Shown here piece after piece: positions 1 to 11,497 of a stretch of 64,000 nt of DNA. The translations under genes were made by a program, and so were the position numbers. The stretch is from Octopus sinensis. Taxonomy: Eukaryota. Numbering within the stretch: the first letter of the stretch is position 1; each line of letters starts with the position of its first letter. The DNA lies in NCBI RefSeq assembly GCF_006345805.1, contig NC_042998.1, positions 164,052,001-164,116,000 of the forward strand. The letters are read 5' to 3'. Under the pieces are notes generated by a model. It was given only the letters and a program-made list of their open reading frames with translations. It was not told where the DNA came from and ran no database searches.

Positions 1-1170
1 TTTCGTTATCTCTATATTGAATCAATTTCGGACTTAATCTTATAAAAAAAGATATATTCCTTCTTCAGTAGAAATTTCGATGGGATATAAATAAAATACT
101 CACGTATGATCATGGAAAAAGCACAAGCTAAAAACATAACTACACTTGAGTACATCATTTATATCTAAAAATAAAAATTCTTTGGTCAGCCTCAGAAAAC
201 AACGTCCAGACCTTTCGCCGCTACAAATTGTAATGGTTACCAGTCCTCCTGTAGCAAGCATCGAGTTTACTACTAAGCAATATAGGATGAAGTCCCTTAC
301 TCTACAGCAAAGGAATTCATCAGGAAGCGTGGGCAGTATATTTAAAAAAACCGTTACGGTTGCAATATACATCATATAATTAAGGGCTAAAGAGGGTTAT
401 TCTAAAGCCAAATACACTGTTTTATCCACTTATAATCCGCTTGTTACAGGAAAATTGAAACTGAAAACGGGCAACTAACCTTTAGAAAATTTAAATTTCG
501 TTATCTCTATATTGGATCAATTTCGGACTTAATCTTATAAAAAAAGATATATTCCTTCTTCAGTAGAAATTTCGATGGGATATAAATAAAATACTCACGT
601 ATGATCATGGAAAAAGCACAAGCTAAAAACATAACTACACTTGAGTACATCATTTATATCTAAAAATAAAAATTCTTTGGTCAGCCTCAGAAAACAACGT
701 CCAGACCTTTCGCCGCTACAAATTGTAATGGTTACCAGTCCTCCTGTAGCAAGCATCGAGTTTACTACTAAGCAATATAGGATGAAGTCCCTTACTCTAC
801 AGCAAAGGAATTCATCAGGAAGCGTGGCAGTATATTTAAAAAAACCGTTACGGTTGCAATATACATCATATAATTAAGGGCTAAAGAGGGTTATTCTAAA
901 GCCAAATACACTGTTTTATCCACTTATAATCCGCTTGTTACAGGAAAATTGAAACTGAAAACGGGCAACTAACCTTAGAAAATTTAAATTCGTTATCTCT
1001 ATATTGAATCAATTTCGGACTTAATCTTATAAAAAAAGATATATTCCTTCTTCAGTAGAAATTTCGATGGGATATAAATAAAATACTCACGTATGATCAT
1101 GGAAAAAGCACAAGCTAAAAACATAACTACACTTGAGTACATCATTTATATCTAAAAATAAAAATTCTTT
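1..1170. repeat. Near-identical tandem array of a ~494-bp unit (2 full copies plus a partial third)
   Basis: tttcgttatctctatattg recurs at 1, 496 and ~989; ORFs 146..379 and 641..877 are offset by 495; copies differ by few substitutions or homopolymer indels. Confidence 0.95.
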
Positions 1171-1241
1171 GTAACAAGCGGATTATAAGTGGATAAAACA
1201 GTGTATTTGGCTTTAGAATAACCCTCTTTAGCCCTTAATTA

Positions 1242-1250
<9 letters not shown>
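1170..1250 (-). repeat. Inverted copy of part of the tandem unit (368-448)
   Basis: 1170-1250 is the reverse complement of 368-448 (tacatcatataattaagggc...ccgcttgttaca). Confidence 0.95.
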
Positions 1251-1322
<72 letters not shown>

Positions 1323-1324
<2 letters not shown>

Positions 1325-1838
1325 CCGTAAATCCTCGAGTATAATCCGCCCTTGAGTATAATACGCAGGGGACTTTTAGGGGGCTGTACCTCTGAAAAAC
1401 GTAAACGTTGTGTATAAGACGCACCCCTTCTCTAACTTGAGTCAAGGAGGTCTATATAACATCCTTGCTTTGTAAAAATGTATACAGTAAGGTACTTTAT
1501 TATTATTGTATATATAACATAATGCAAACATGTAGCTTTTTTGTGCATTTTGTTTGCAGAAAATAAAGAAATAACAGTAATAACGTTTAATAAATGTTGC
1601 TTACTGCAAGTTATGGATGATTCTTTTATGACTTCATTGCTTTCAGGCTTAGCTTAAGGTATTTTCGCGCCCGACATAACAAAATGTGTCTGAATAAGAA
1701 TTGCCGGAGAGCAAATAGAGACTTGAACATTGCTTAGAAAATAATTTTCATTTTTAACCTCGAATATAATACGCACTAGGGATTTGGACCTTTAAATTTT
1801 GGGGAAAAAATGCGGATTATACTCAAGGATTTATGGTG
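1323..1838. mobile_element. ~516-bp MITE, Tc1/mariner superfamily (pogo/Tc2-like ends), inserted in (TA)n
   Basis: TIRs taccgtaaatcctcgagtataatccgc and gcggattatactcaaggatttatggtg; TA flanks; no ORF. Confidence 0.8.
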
Positions 1839-2080
1839 TATATATATATATATATACATATATACACAAAAGAGATAGATCGCAGTATCATTGGAAATAC
1901 TGGATTACATTTATTGAAGTGATATAGTTATAAAGAGTTACGCGCAAGACTTCAAGTTTCTGTATTAACGATACGATGGTTGCTGCACTTCTTCAACTGA
2001 AGAAATGGAGCGATCATTGTAAGTTTGGCACAGAAGTTTGAAGTCCGTATGTAAGTCACCATAACTGTACGAATCAAAAG

Positions 2081-2142
<62 letters not shown>

Positions 2143-2938
2143 ACAGACACACACACACACACACATATATATACATATATATTCATACATACATATATAC
2201 ACTCATACACCAGTTGTCAGTTGGTTAACTACCTAACCAATTGATTAATTGATTAAATGATTAATCAGACAATCTATTAATCACTTGTTTAAATAGTTAA
2301 CTAATTGATAACCGAAAATAATGAAGTGTAATAAAAACAGTGCGTGTGTTTATTATTGGCATAATGACCCACTCGATATACAACGCAACGCATTTCTACA
2401 TACGAGTTCAGATCAAGAAACTTGCAGACCAAATACAAAAACGAATTATTAAATGCTATGACTGTAAAACCCAGTTCATTATTTAAAAAAATGAGAGACA
2501 GACACTCCCTCCTGAGATATCTGTCGCTTACGAGGTGACATTGACATTAATTTACATCTTATTGACATTCCTGGAGTTAGTTATTGTTGACACATTGAAT
2601 GTATGACGGTAGGATGCCTTATGAATAGCTAAATTAAGAAGGGAGAAGGAGAGATGGCCAACAGTTTAAAAGCATAGGTCAGGCACAATTATTTGCTCCT
2701 AAATGTGAACGCATTGTGGTATAATCGATAACTTAAATTTTTCGATAATCTATACACACGAGACTCATCGGTGCTTATTTTTGTTGTTCGTTGCAGAACG
2801 TGGTGAGTGCTTTGTTAATCATAAATAGGTATTTAGAAAATGTGCTGTTCCCAACATTGAATTTTATAAAAGTATCGACGTTAATTTCTTATATACATTC
2901 ATAAATATAAACATACACACGTTCAGACGCTATATATA

Positions 2939-3335
2939 GGCGCAGGAGTGGCTGTGTGGTAAGTAGCTTGCTAACCAACCTCATGGTTCCGGGTTCAGTC
3001 CCACTGCGTGGCATCTTGGGCAAGTGTCTTCTGCTGTAGCCCCGGGCGGACCAATGCCTTGTAAGTGGATTTGGTAGACGGAAACTGAAAGAAGCATGTC
3101 GTATATATGTATATATATATATATGTATGTGTGTTTGTGTGTCTGTGTTTGTCCCCCTAGCATTGCTTGACAACCGATGCTGGTGTGTTTACGTCCCCGT
3201 CACTTAGCGGTTCGGCAAAAAGAGACCGATAGAATAAGTACTGGGCTTACAAAGAATAAGTCCCGGGGTCGATTTGCTCGACTAAAGGCGGTGCTCCAGC
3301 ATGGCCGCAGTCAAATGACTGAAACAAGTAAAAGA
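2939..3335 (+). mobile_element. SINE family A, full length
   Basis: tRNA-like A box (tggctgtgtggtaag) and B box (ggttcagtccc), CORE-like cttgggcaagtgtctt, internal (TA)/(TG) tract, tail ending gactgaaacaagtaaaaga; many copies in window. Confidence 0.85.
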
Positions 3336-3710
3336 GAAAAAGAGAGATATGCAGAGATAGACATAGAGGTTTACAAAATCGTTGTTCTGTACAACTATCT
3401 TCTTTGAATATCTAGTAGTGAAGTGTGTAGTAATATTCTTAATATTGTGAAGGCTAAAAATGTTAACTTAAATGGCGGTGGGATGAGAATCTAGCTCTCA
3501 GTTACTAATTCTGATGAAGAAAAGCAAATTAAGCAATCCTGTAATATAAATTTATTAAAATTAGTTTGAGCAAACGGCTGGAGGGAGTTTGATTCTTAAG
3601 TAGTATGGTGACAACTCCGGTGACAGCTTTGTATATGTAATCACACATACGTGAGCATATTTCAATGAAAGAACAAGAACAGAAGGTTATCGATATTTAA
3701 TCTATGTGTA

Positions 3711-3928
3711 GAGCGGTGAGCGAGCAAAATCATAAGCACACCGGACCAAATACTTAGCGGTATTTCGTTCGACTTTATTTTTCTGAGTCCAAATTACGTC
3801 GACGTCGACTTTTCTTTTCATCCCTTTGGGGGTTGATGAAATAATCACAAGTCAAGCACCGGGGTAAAAGTAATCCACTAGCCTCATCCCCTAAAATTTC
3901 AGGCCTTGTGCCTATAGTAAAAAAGATA
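3711..3928 (+). mobile_element. SINE family B
   Basis: Diverged copy of ggcggcgagctggcagaatcgttagc...gtcgactttgcctttcatcctttcggggtcgataaa...aggccttgtgcctatagtagaaagg. Confidence 0.75.
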
Positions 3929-4029
3929 TTTAATCTATATGTAGGCGGCTAGCTGGCAGAATCGTTAGAGCGTCGGATAAACATGCTAAGGGGCATTTCG
4001 TCCGTTTCTATGTAAATAATAATAAATGC

Positions 4030-4272
4030 GCCACTTTAAAGCCTAGCCAGGCTCATGGGCCCGGTTTCTCGGTTTCAATGGCGTATGTTTTTCCCAGCTG
4101 GACGGGACGCCAGTCCATCGCAGCGTTACTCATTTTTGCCAGCTGAGTGGACTGGAGCAACGTGAAATGAAGTGTTTTGCTCAAGAACACAACGCATCAC
4201 CCGGTCCAGGAATCGAAACCACAATCTTACGATCATGATGTTGACACCCTAACCACTAAGCCATGCGCCTCT
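4030..4272 (-). mobile_element. SINE family C (tRNA head plus CORE-like domain)
   Basis: Minus strand gaggcgcatggcttagtggttagg...gtttcgattcc...gtgttcttgagcaaaacactt...gcgatggactggcgtcccgtccag. Confidence 0.85.
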
Positions 4273-4284
4273 ACTAAAATGTTC

Positions 4285-4525
4285 CTTCTCGAGCCATTCA
4301 AGGCTCATAAGGGTCTGTTTCCCGGTTTCAGTGGCGTAGAAATTCCCCACCTGGACGGACGCCGGTCCGTCGCAGGATTACTCATTTTTGCTAGCTGAGT
4401 GGACTGGAGCCACGTGAAATGAAGTGTTTTGCCCAGGAACACAATGCATCGTCCGGTCCAGGCATCAAAACCATAACCTTACGATCATGAGTTCAATACC
4501 ATAACCACTAAGCCACGTGTGTCCA
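4285..4525 (-). mobile_element. SINE family C, second copy in tandem
   Basis: Same head and CORE-like domain as 4030-4272 with a variant tail. Confidence 0.8.
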
Positions 4526-5759
4526 CTCCGTTTCTATGTACTGAGCTCAAATTCCACCCAAAGTCGACTATGCTTTTTATCCTTTTGAGGGTCGGTGAAA
4601 TGCGTCAACAATTTCAGTTGAGCACTGTAGTCGATGCAATCAACTCGGACCCTTACCCGAAATTTCAGGCCTTGTGCCTATAGTAGAAAGGAGATTTTAT
4701 TTATGTGCACATAACAGTTACCAGTTTTAAAATTAAAATTTTAAACTTTTGGAAGTTTTGATTATGTATTTATAAGAGTTGAGTGTGTATTTAGGATATT
4801 CTGAAATGAGGTCGACTGTGTGAATCGACAGAAAAACGTTTGATTCATAGAATTCTTTAGTTAGAACAAAACAAAAATAAGCAAAAAAAGCCCCCCAAAA
4901 CAAAGACAAAAAAATTATTCTTTTAACAAGGCGAAATTTGTGAGCAAATTGTTTACTCTGACTGTATTATGGATACCACATTGACTCTACAAGAAACCTT
5001 CACGACGGGATCAAATTCTAATGTCTAAACAACTGTTTTTTCAATAATTCTTATTTTTTGGTTTATCAATCACCGCTCCAACCACCTTTTTCTAGTCATG
5101 GTATTGTCGTTATTTTTGTTGTTATTACAGTTTGAAATGTTGTTTGTTGTTGTTGTTGTTGTTATTGTTGTTTTTATTGTTGTTGTCACTGCTATTGTCG
5201 TCGTTGTCACCGAGATCGTCTTCTCTGATGGTGGCGTGGTTACTAAGATGTTTCACGTCAGCCCCTTAAATTCAACGATAACACGCATTGTTGACACAGG
5301 AGCTCGGGTCAGCATTTGGAAGAAATGTTTATTTAAAGAGATCGGCTTTCAAAGTCTAAAATTTTTTAACTGAAAGAAAGAATCCCAACACACGCATATA
5401 AATTACTAACACACTCACACACACACATACACATGCAAATTACTGACATACACGCTCACACATCCGCATACATACAACACTTGCTCCATAAAGAAGACAG
5501 CATTTAACATCACATTGATGTTTAAATGCTGCCTTATGTACGGGACACCTGGTATGTATTAGATAGACATCCGTCTATCTAAATAAATGCTTTCCTGAGC
5601 GGTTTATGTTGCATACTGGTGTGGCCCAAAACTATTCTGGTATGACACAAATCTTTGTAACTATGTCATCAAATATGCTTTTCCATGCGTATGTGCTAAT
5701 ACATTTTCAATGTAAATTTAAATTGCATTATTACATTTTAAATTATTTAATAGTGTTAA

Positions 5760-5974
5760 AATATTGATTTAAAATTTTGGCTGGTACAAGGCCAGCAATG
5801 TCGGTGGGAGGAGATGAGTCGATTACGTCGATCCCCAGTACTCCACAGGCACTAATTTTACCAACATCGAAAGGATAAAAGGGAAAGTCAATCTCGATGG
5901 AACTTGAACTCAAAACGTACCAGATGCCGCAAAACATTTTCCCCGTACGCTAACGGTTCTGTCAACTCGCCGCC
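5760..5974 (-). mobile_element. SINE family B, diverged
   Basis: Reverse complement begins ggcggcgagttgacagaaccgttagcg; central cctttcatcctttcg-like domain. Confidence 0.75.
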
Positions 5975-6345
5975 TATTAATTGTGTTAAAATATAAGTTA
6001 GAACGTAATGTAAATTAGAGATAGATCGATATTAAGCATAAACCTATACTTATATCTTTTAGAATAATTCAACATTAACAATACTTTTCTAGTCTTAAGC
6101 GCTGTTCAGTCTGATATCATCGAATAGATATCGAGTTTTCGCGAACTTCACTCTGTTTCAAGAATTCAGACAGGTACTCGAAGATTTTCTTTTTTGCAAC
6201 TAGCAAATTGCCCTATACATTTCGAGACTTGCCAACTGCTACATTAGTTTGATTAACCAGTCAGGTTAGGTGCTACACGTTCATCTCTCTAAAAGAATTG
6301 TAAAAAAATACAAATGAATGTGTGTGTGTGTGTGTGTGTGTGTAT

Positions 6346-7040
6346 GATATTGGTAGTCCATTGGCGTCCGACTATGGTAAAGTCTGTGTTCTTAGCGATG
6401 ATGAGAGCGCATGTGACTCTGCAATCCAAAGTTCGAAATACAGAGGCACCTACAGATGACACAAAGATAGCTTGTTGACCTGATTGAGATGGACGTCTTT
6501 CTCTTGTAGCAGCGAGACGCTGCTGCTGGACCTATTCAAAAGCAGCTACTGCTTGTAAGGTGAGAGACCTTCACGCTGGTCTGTCTGCAGCAGAGGCTTC
6601 AAGTTCGCGTGGACTATTGCCGCTCCATTTAAGGTTACTTTTCAAGGTGTCTTTGCATTTCAGTTTAAGCCTTCCTTGTTTGCGTACACAGCTGACAATC
6701 ATTCTGATGACATGGCAACTGAGCCATTATCAAAATTGATTCAATGCTTGTTAAACCAGCTCCGTCCAGCATTTTTGGTTTATCATCCTATCCTGCTAGT
6801 GAATGCCCATGATCTAGCACGATGGCTTTGTGTGAAATGTTCCACCTGTTTTGTGTGCCAGCAGTATGGGGTCCATGTTTCACATCCATAGAGTAGTGTA
6901 GAAACAATTACAGCCTTTGAGCTTAGTCGAGGACTTTCACTTTCAGTTTCCCAAGTGCTTGGCTGGCTTGGTGGATTCTGGATGAGATTTCGCTGTCCAG
7001 TGATCCATCGGCTGAGATTGTGCTCAAATGACTGCTACCA
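6346..7040 (-). mobile_element. RTE-clade LINE 3' fragment, decayed
   Basis: Minus-strand translation across frameshifts gives DGSLDSEISSRIHQASQALGKL, KAVIVSTLLYGCETWT, KCKDTLKSNLK, and C-terminal CVICRCLCISNFGLQSHMRSH. Confidence 0.85.
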
Positions 7041-7280
7041 TGATGGCGCACCGCATACATATTCAGAGAACTATAAATATATTTAGTATATCATGTGTGC
7101 ATAAATAGATGCAACTTAAAACAATAAAGTGTTCCTTGTTTATCCGTTCTGGTTAAGCATTCAAATGCGTTTGGAACGACCAATGCAGGGTTCCAAGCAA
7201 CCATAATGTTGAAATATACGTAGACACTAATAATATAAACTTGTACTTATCGAAATTTCGGCTGTATATACGAATATATA

Positions 7281-7343
<63 letters not shown>

Positions 7344-7376
7344 CATTCATACATACATACATACATACATACATAC

Positions 7377-7407
<31 letters not shown>

Positions 7408-7408
7408 G

Positions 7409-7449
<41 letters not shown>

Positions 7450-7568
7450 TTAGCAATTAAGGACAACTACTTATAAGGAAAACTTAACAAGAAATTGTCA
7501 GGTAGATAGCGTAAAAACCTCATAAGAGAAAAATTTCGAAAATATTATTTCTTATTGAACATATTAAT

Positions 7569-7691
7569 TTATATATAGAGGGCATTATACATACATGCCA
7601 GGAGGCATTCTACATACATGCCAAACGCTAAGCGTTTGGCATGTATGTAGAATGCCTCCTGGCATGTATGTATAATGCCCTCTATATATAA
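7569..7691. repeat. Perfect palindrome, 61-bp arms, 1-nt spacer
   Basis: ...gagggcattatacatacatgccaggaggcattctacatacatgccaaacgct-a-agcgtttggcatgtatgtagaatgcctcc...; centre at 7630. Confidence 0.95.
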
Positions 7692-7727
7692 TATATATAT
7701 ATATATTATATATATAATATATATATA

Positions 7728-7760
<33 letters not shown>

Positions 7761-7873
7761 AATTTAAAATGAAGGTGGGAAATTAGATATAATTTAATTA
7801 ACATCGAATTCACACCAGTGGTCTAGCATATAAAAAGACTGAAGGTTCAGTAAAATTGTATTATATACATATA

Positions 7874-8229
7874 AGAGGGAAACCCTTATGCTAGAAATAG
7901 ATCGGCTATGGTCCCACCACCAAGAAATGTTCTCAACAAAAATTTAGCAAAACAACCAAAACGTAATCGAGCAAGACAAAAGAAAAAGCAATAAAAATAT
8001 GGATTATTTGCTTACATGTTTCACTATCATCATATTACGTAAGTTTACTTACATAAATGTCCGTAGATCATCGGTGCAACCGTCCAAATGAATATAATTT
8101 GCAGGACTTCTTTTGTCTTGCACGATAACGTTTTGGTTGTTTTGTTAAATTTTTCTTGAGAACATTTCTTGGTGGTGGGACCATATCGGATCTATTTCTA
8201 GCATAAGGGTGTCCACATAGTGGTTTCCC

Positions 8230-8232
<3 letters not shown>
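7874..8232. mobile_element. ~360-bp MITE-like element with ~110-bp TIRs
   Basis: agagggaaacc...cttatgctagaaatagatc...ggtcccaccaccaagaaatgttctcaa at both ends in inverted orientation; TA-rich flanks. Confidence 0.8.
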
Positions 8233-8270
<38 letters not shown>

Positions 8271-8274
<4 letters not shown>

Positions 8275-8578
8275 CGTGATCACCGTGAACGACCAAGCTA
8301 TCAGATGTTGCTACACAACGCTGGTCACAATGCGCTTCGCATTGTTTTAGCCTTCAAATGACGCCACCCCGCTGGCTAAGCGAGCAGGCCAACAGAAGAA
8401 AGAATGAGAGAAAGTTGTGGCGAAAGAGTACAGCAGGGATCACCACCACCCCCTGCCAGAGCCGCGTAGAACTTTAGGTGTTTTCGCTCAATAAACACTC
8501 ACAACGCCTGGTCTGGGAATCGAAACCGCAATCCTACAACCGCGAGTTCGCTGCCCTAACCACTGGGCCATTACGCCT

Positions 8579-8580
<2 letters not shown>
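8271..8580 (-). mobile_element. SINE family C variant
   Basis: Minus strand gaggcgtaatggcccagtggttagggcagcgaactcgcgg...gtttcgattccc head. Confidence 0.8.
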
Positions 8581-8630
<50 letters not shown>

Positions 8631-9328
8631 TTATACACACACATATATATATGCATGTATACATATATATATATATATAGATATGTAAACATATATACAT
8701 ATAAATATATATACATATATACAGGCACATATATACTCAAACCGATGTGTATATGCACACATACATAAGGCAAAGCGTATTCACTTATTAACACATCATT
8801 AAATTCCAATGCATCATTACAGTGAATTAAATATTGGTGGAATAAACTTGCGTATATATAATCAAAACCGAATAAAATAAGACATATCCAGACATATATA
8901 CATACACAGATACTTATATACATACAAACAGACTTCTGTACAAGAACATAACTAAAAACTGCCCCGCAATACAAAGTTGTTTGGCGCTGGTCTAAATGTT
9001 CTGACTTCCACCGACTCATTCAATGGCAACAAAATGCTTAAATAGCAGCCAAGGAAAGATATTGTGCACAGTTGTGGAAATCAGTTGTTTAGTAGATGTT
9101 AACATAATGCTAAAGATTAGTGAAAACAGTATACATCTATACCGAAATAATGAAAACTCCACAGCTACACCACCTAGGCAAAAGGTCTAGATTCATATAT
9201 GTGATTATTGGAGTACTTAATTATGTTACTTACTGCCTCAGCACCGATTTTCAAAAGCTGGGTTTCAGAAAAGCAGAAAGCACACAGTTAATTTAGGCTA
9301 ATTAGAAACTTATGGCTACAAGTCATAA

Positions 9329-9516
9329 ATGGTTTCAAATATGGGCACATGGTTCGCAAATTTAGCGGAAGGGGGTAAGTTAATTACTACCTCAATGTTC
9401 AAGTGGTACTTATTAAATGGAAAAGGTTAACTTTGGTGGAATTTGATCCGAGAACGTAATGAGTTGGAAGAAATGCCATTTAGTACTTTGTTCGACGTGC
9501 TAAAGATTCTGCCAAC
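9329..9516 (-). mobile_element. SINE family B, strongly diverged
   Basis: Reverse complement gttggcagaatctttagcacgtcg...aaattccaccaaagttaacc...aagtaccac. Confidence 0.6.
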
Positions 9517-9610
9517 AATCTGCTTTGCAAGGTATTAATGACACTATGAAAATATGTGAAACATGCATTTAGTGGATATATATACACGTCTAGATATGAG
9601 AACATGTATT

Positions 9611-9675
<65 letters not shown>

Positions 9676-9677
<2 letters not shown>

Positions 9678-10222
9678 GCCCTGATGCAGTACCAGGCAAT
9701 GGCTCTCATGGCTTCTGATTTTAACTGATTGGAAGTGTTATCATGTACATTGTTTTGTCTTGGTATAAAAGATGGGCTACAGCAAATATTCTGCTCAATA
9801 CCACAGATTTGCTTGTCAGTTGTTTGACCTGAGCATGTCCCTTAGTGGCTGACGATATGTGCATCTCTGATCACGAGCAGAAGTAGTGGGGGAGCATCAT
9901 AGCCATGTGTTGAGAGGGATTCTTTGGGGTTTGAATAATTCACCTCTGGAAACATGGGTGGTTCTTTCAACATCCTTAAACAACCCTTATTCAGGAACCG
10001 TTTGAGCGGGATGGGCTACTCAACCTGAAGAAAATTCTAACTGGGCCCCACCTGCAAGGTCATGTGCTGTTTATCTTGATATGAAATTACAATGTCGCGC
10101 ACATAGGGTTGTGATGCATGTGCCTGGTGTGCCTTTATCAGACGGGTAGTCATGATGGGTATATTGGGCTTCGTATATTTTACCCCAGTGTCACTTTGGT
10201 GGCATGAACTGCTCTCTCACTC
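9676..10222 (+). mobile_element. Family D repeat, longest copy (~547 bp), flanked by (AAT)n on both sides
   Basis: Homologous to three minus-strand copies at 10584-11688; 3' end gctctctcactc(aat)n; no ORF and no tRNA boxes seen. Confidence 0.8.
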
Positions 10223-10267
<45 letters not shown>

Positions 10268-10528
10268 ATAATAATTATAATAATAATAATTGAAACAAAA
10301 AAAAAGTGTCATTGTCATCAAGTGAACGATATTTCGACATCTCGTACGTCTTCCACAGGTTCAAAATATAAACGTATCAATCTACTTCATTTTGGTTAAT
10401 ATTTATAGGATTTTTTGAACCTGTGGAAGACACACGAGATGTCGAAATATCATTCACTTGATGACAATAGCACTCTTCTTTTTTTTTTGCTTCTACATCT
10501 TCTGGAGGAATTACCTCAATCCTATAAA

Positions 10529-10583
<55 letters not shown>

Positions 10584-10994
10584 GAGTGAGAGTGCAGTGC
10601 ATGCTATCAAAGTGACACTGGGGTAAAATATACGAAGCCCAGTATACCCATCATGACTACCCGTCTGATAAGGGTACACCAGGCACATGCATCACGACGA
10701 TATGTGCTCGACATGGTGATCTCATAACAAGATAAACAGCGCATAACCTTGAAGGTGGGGCCCAGTTAGAATTTTCTTCTGGTCGGCTAACCCATCCCAC
10801 TCAAAGGTCCCTGATTAAGGGTTGTTTAAGGATGTTGAATGAAACACCCATGTTTCCAGAGGTGAATTATTCAAACCATAAAGAATCCCTCTCAACACAT
10901 GGCTATGATGCTCCCCCACTACTTCTACTCGTGATCAGAGATGCACATATCGTCAGCCACTAAGGGACATGCTCAACTGGTTAAGGTCAAACAA
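10584..10994 (-). mobile_element. Family D repeat, 5'-truncated
   Basis: Reverse complement of 9820-10222; (ATT)n on both sides. Confidence 0.85.
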
Positions 10995-11042
<48 letters not shown>

Positions 11043-11452
11043 GAGTGAAAGAGCAGCATATGCCATCAAAGTGACACTGGGGTAAAATATACGAAGCCCA
11101 GTATACCCATCATGACTACCCGTCTGATAAGGGTACACCAGGCACATGCATCACGACGATATGTGCTCGACATGGTGATCTCATAACAAGATAAACAGCG
11201 CATACCTTGAAGGTGGGGCCCAGTTAGAATTTTCTTCTGGTCGGCTAACCCATCCCACTCAAAGGTCCCTGATTAAGGGTTGTTTAAGGATGTTGAATGA
11301 AACACCCATGTTTCCAGAGGTGAATTATTCAAACCATAAAGAATCCCTCTCAACACATGGCTATGATGCTCCCCCACTACTTCTACTCGTGATCAGAGAT
11401 GCACATATCGTCAGCCACTAAGGGACATGCTCAACTGGTTAAGGTCAAACAA
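11043..11452 (-). mobile_element. Family D repeat, tandem duplicate of 10584-10994
   Basis: Near-identical with the same truncation point; period ~459 bp. Confidence 0.85.

Positions 11453-11497
<45 letters not shown>

Larger units (their letters stand above)
3944..4692 (+). mobile_element. SINE family B split by a compound SINE insertion
   Basis: 5' part 3944-4014 and 3' part 4527-4692; 14-bp direct repeat tccgtttctatgta at 4001-4014 and 4527-4540. Confidence 0.8.

Noticed and set aside
5498-5582. Two short hairpins (cagcatttaa...ttaaatgctg; ttagatagac-atcc-gtctatctaa)
   Set aside because: Stems of about 10-15 bp in AT-rich DNA; no adjacent CTRR Helitron end or other support recognised
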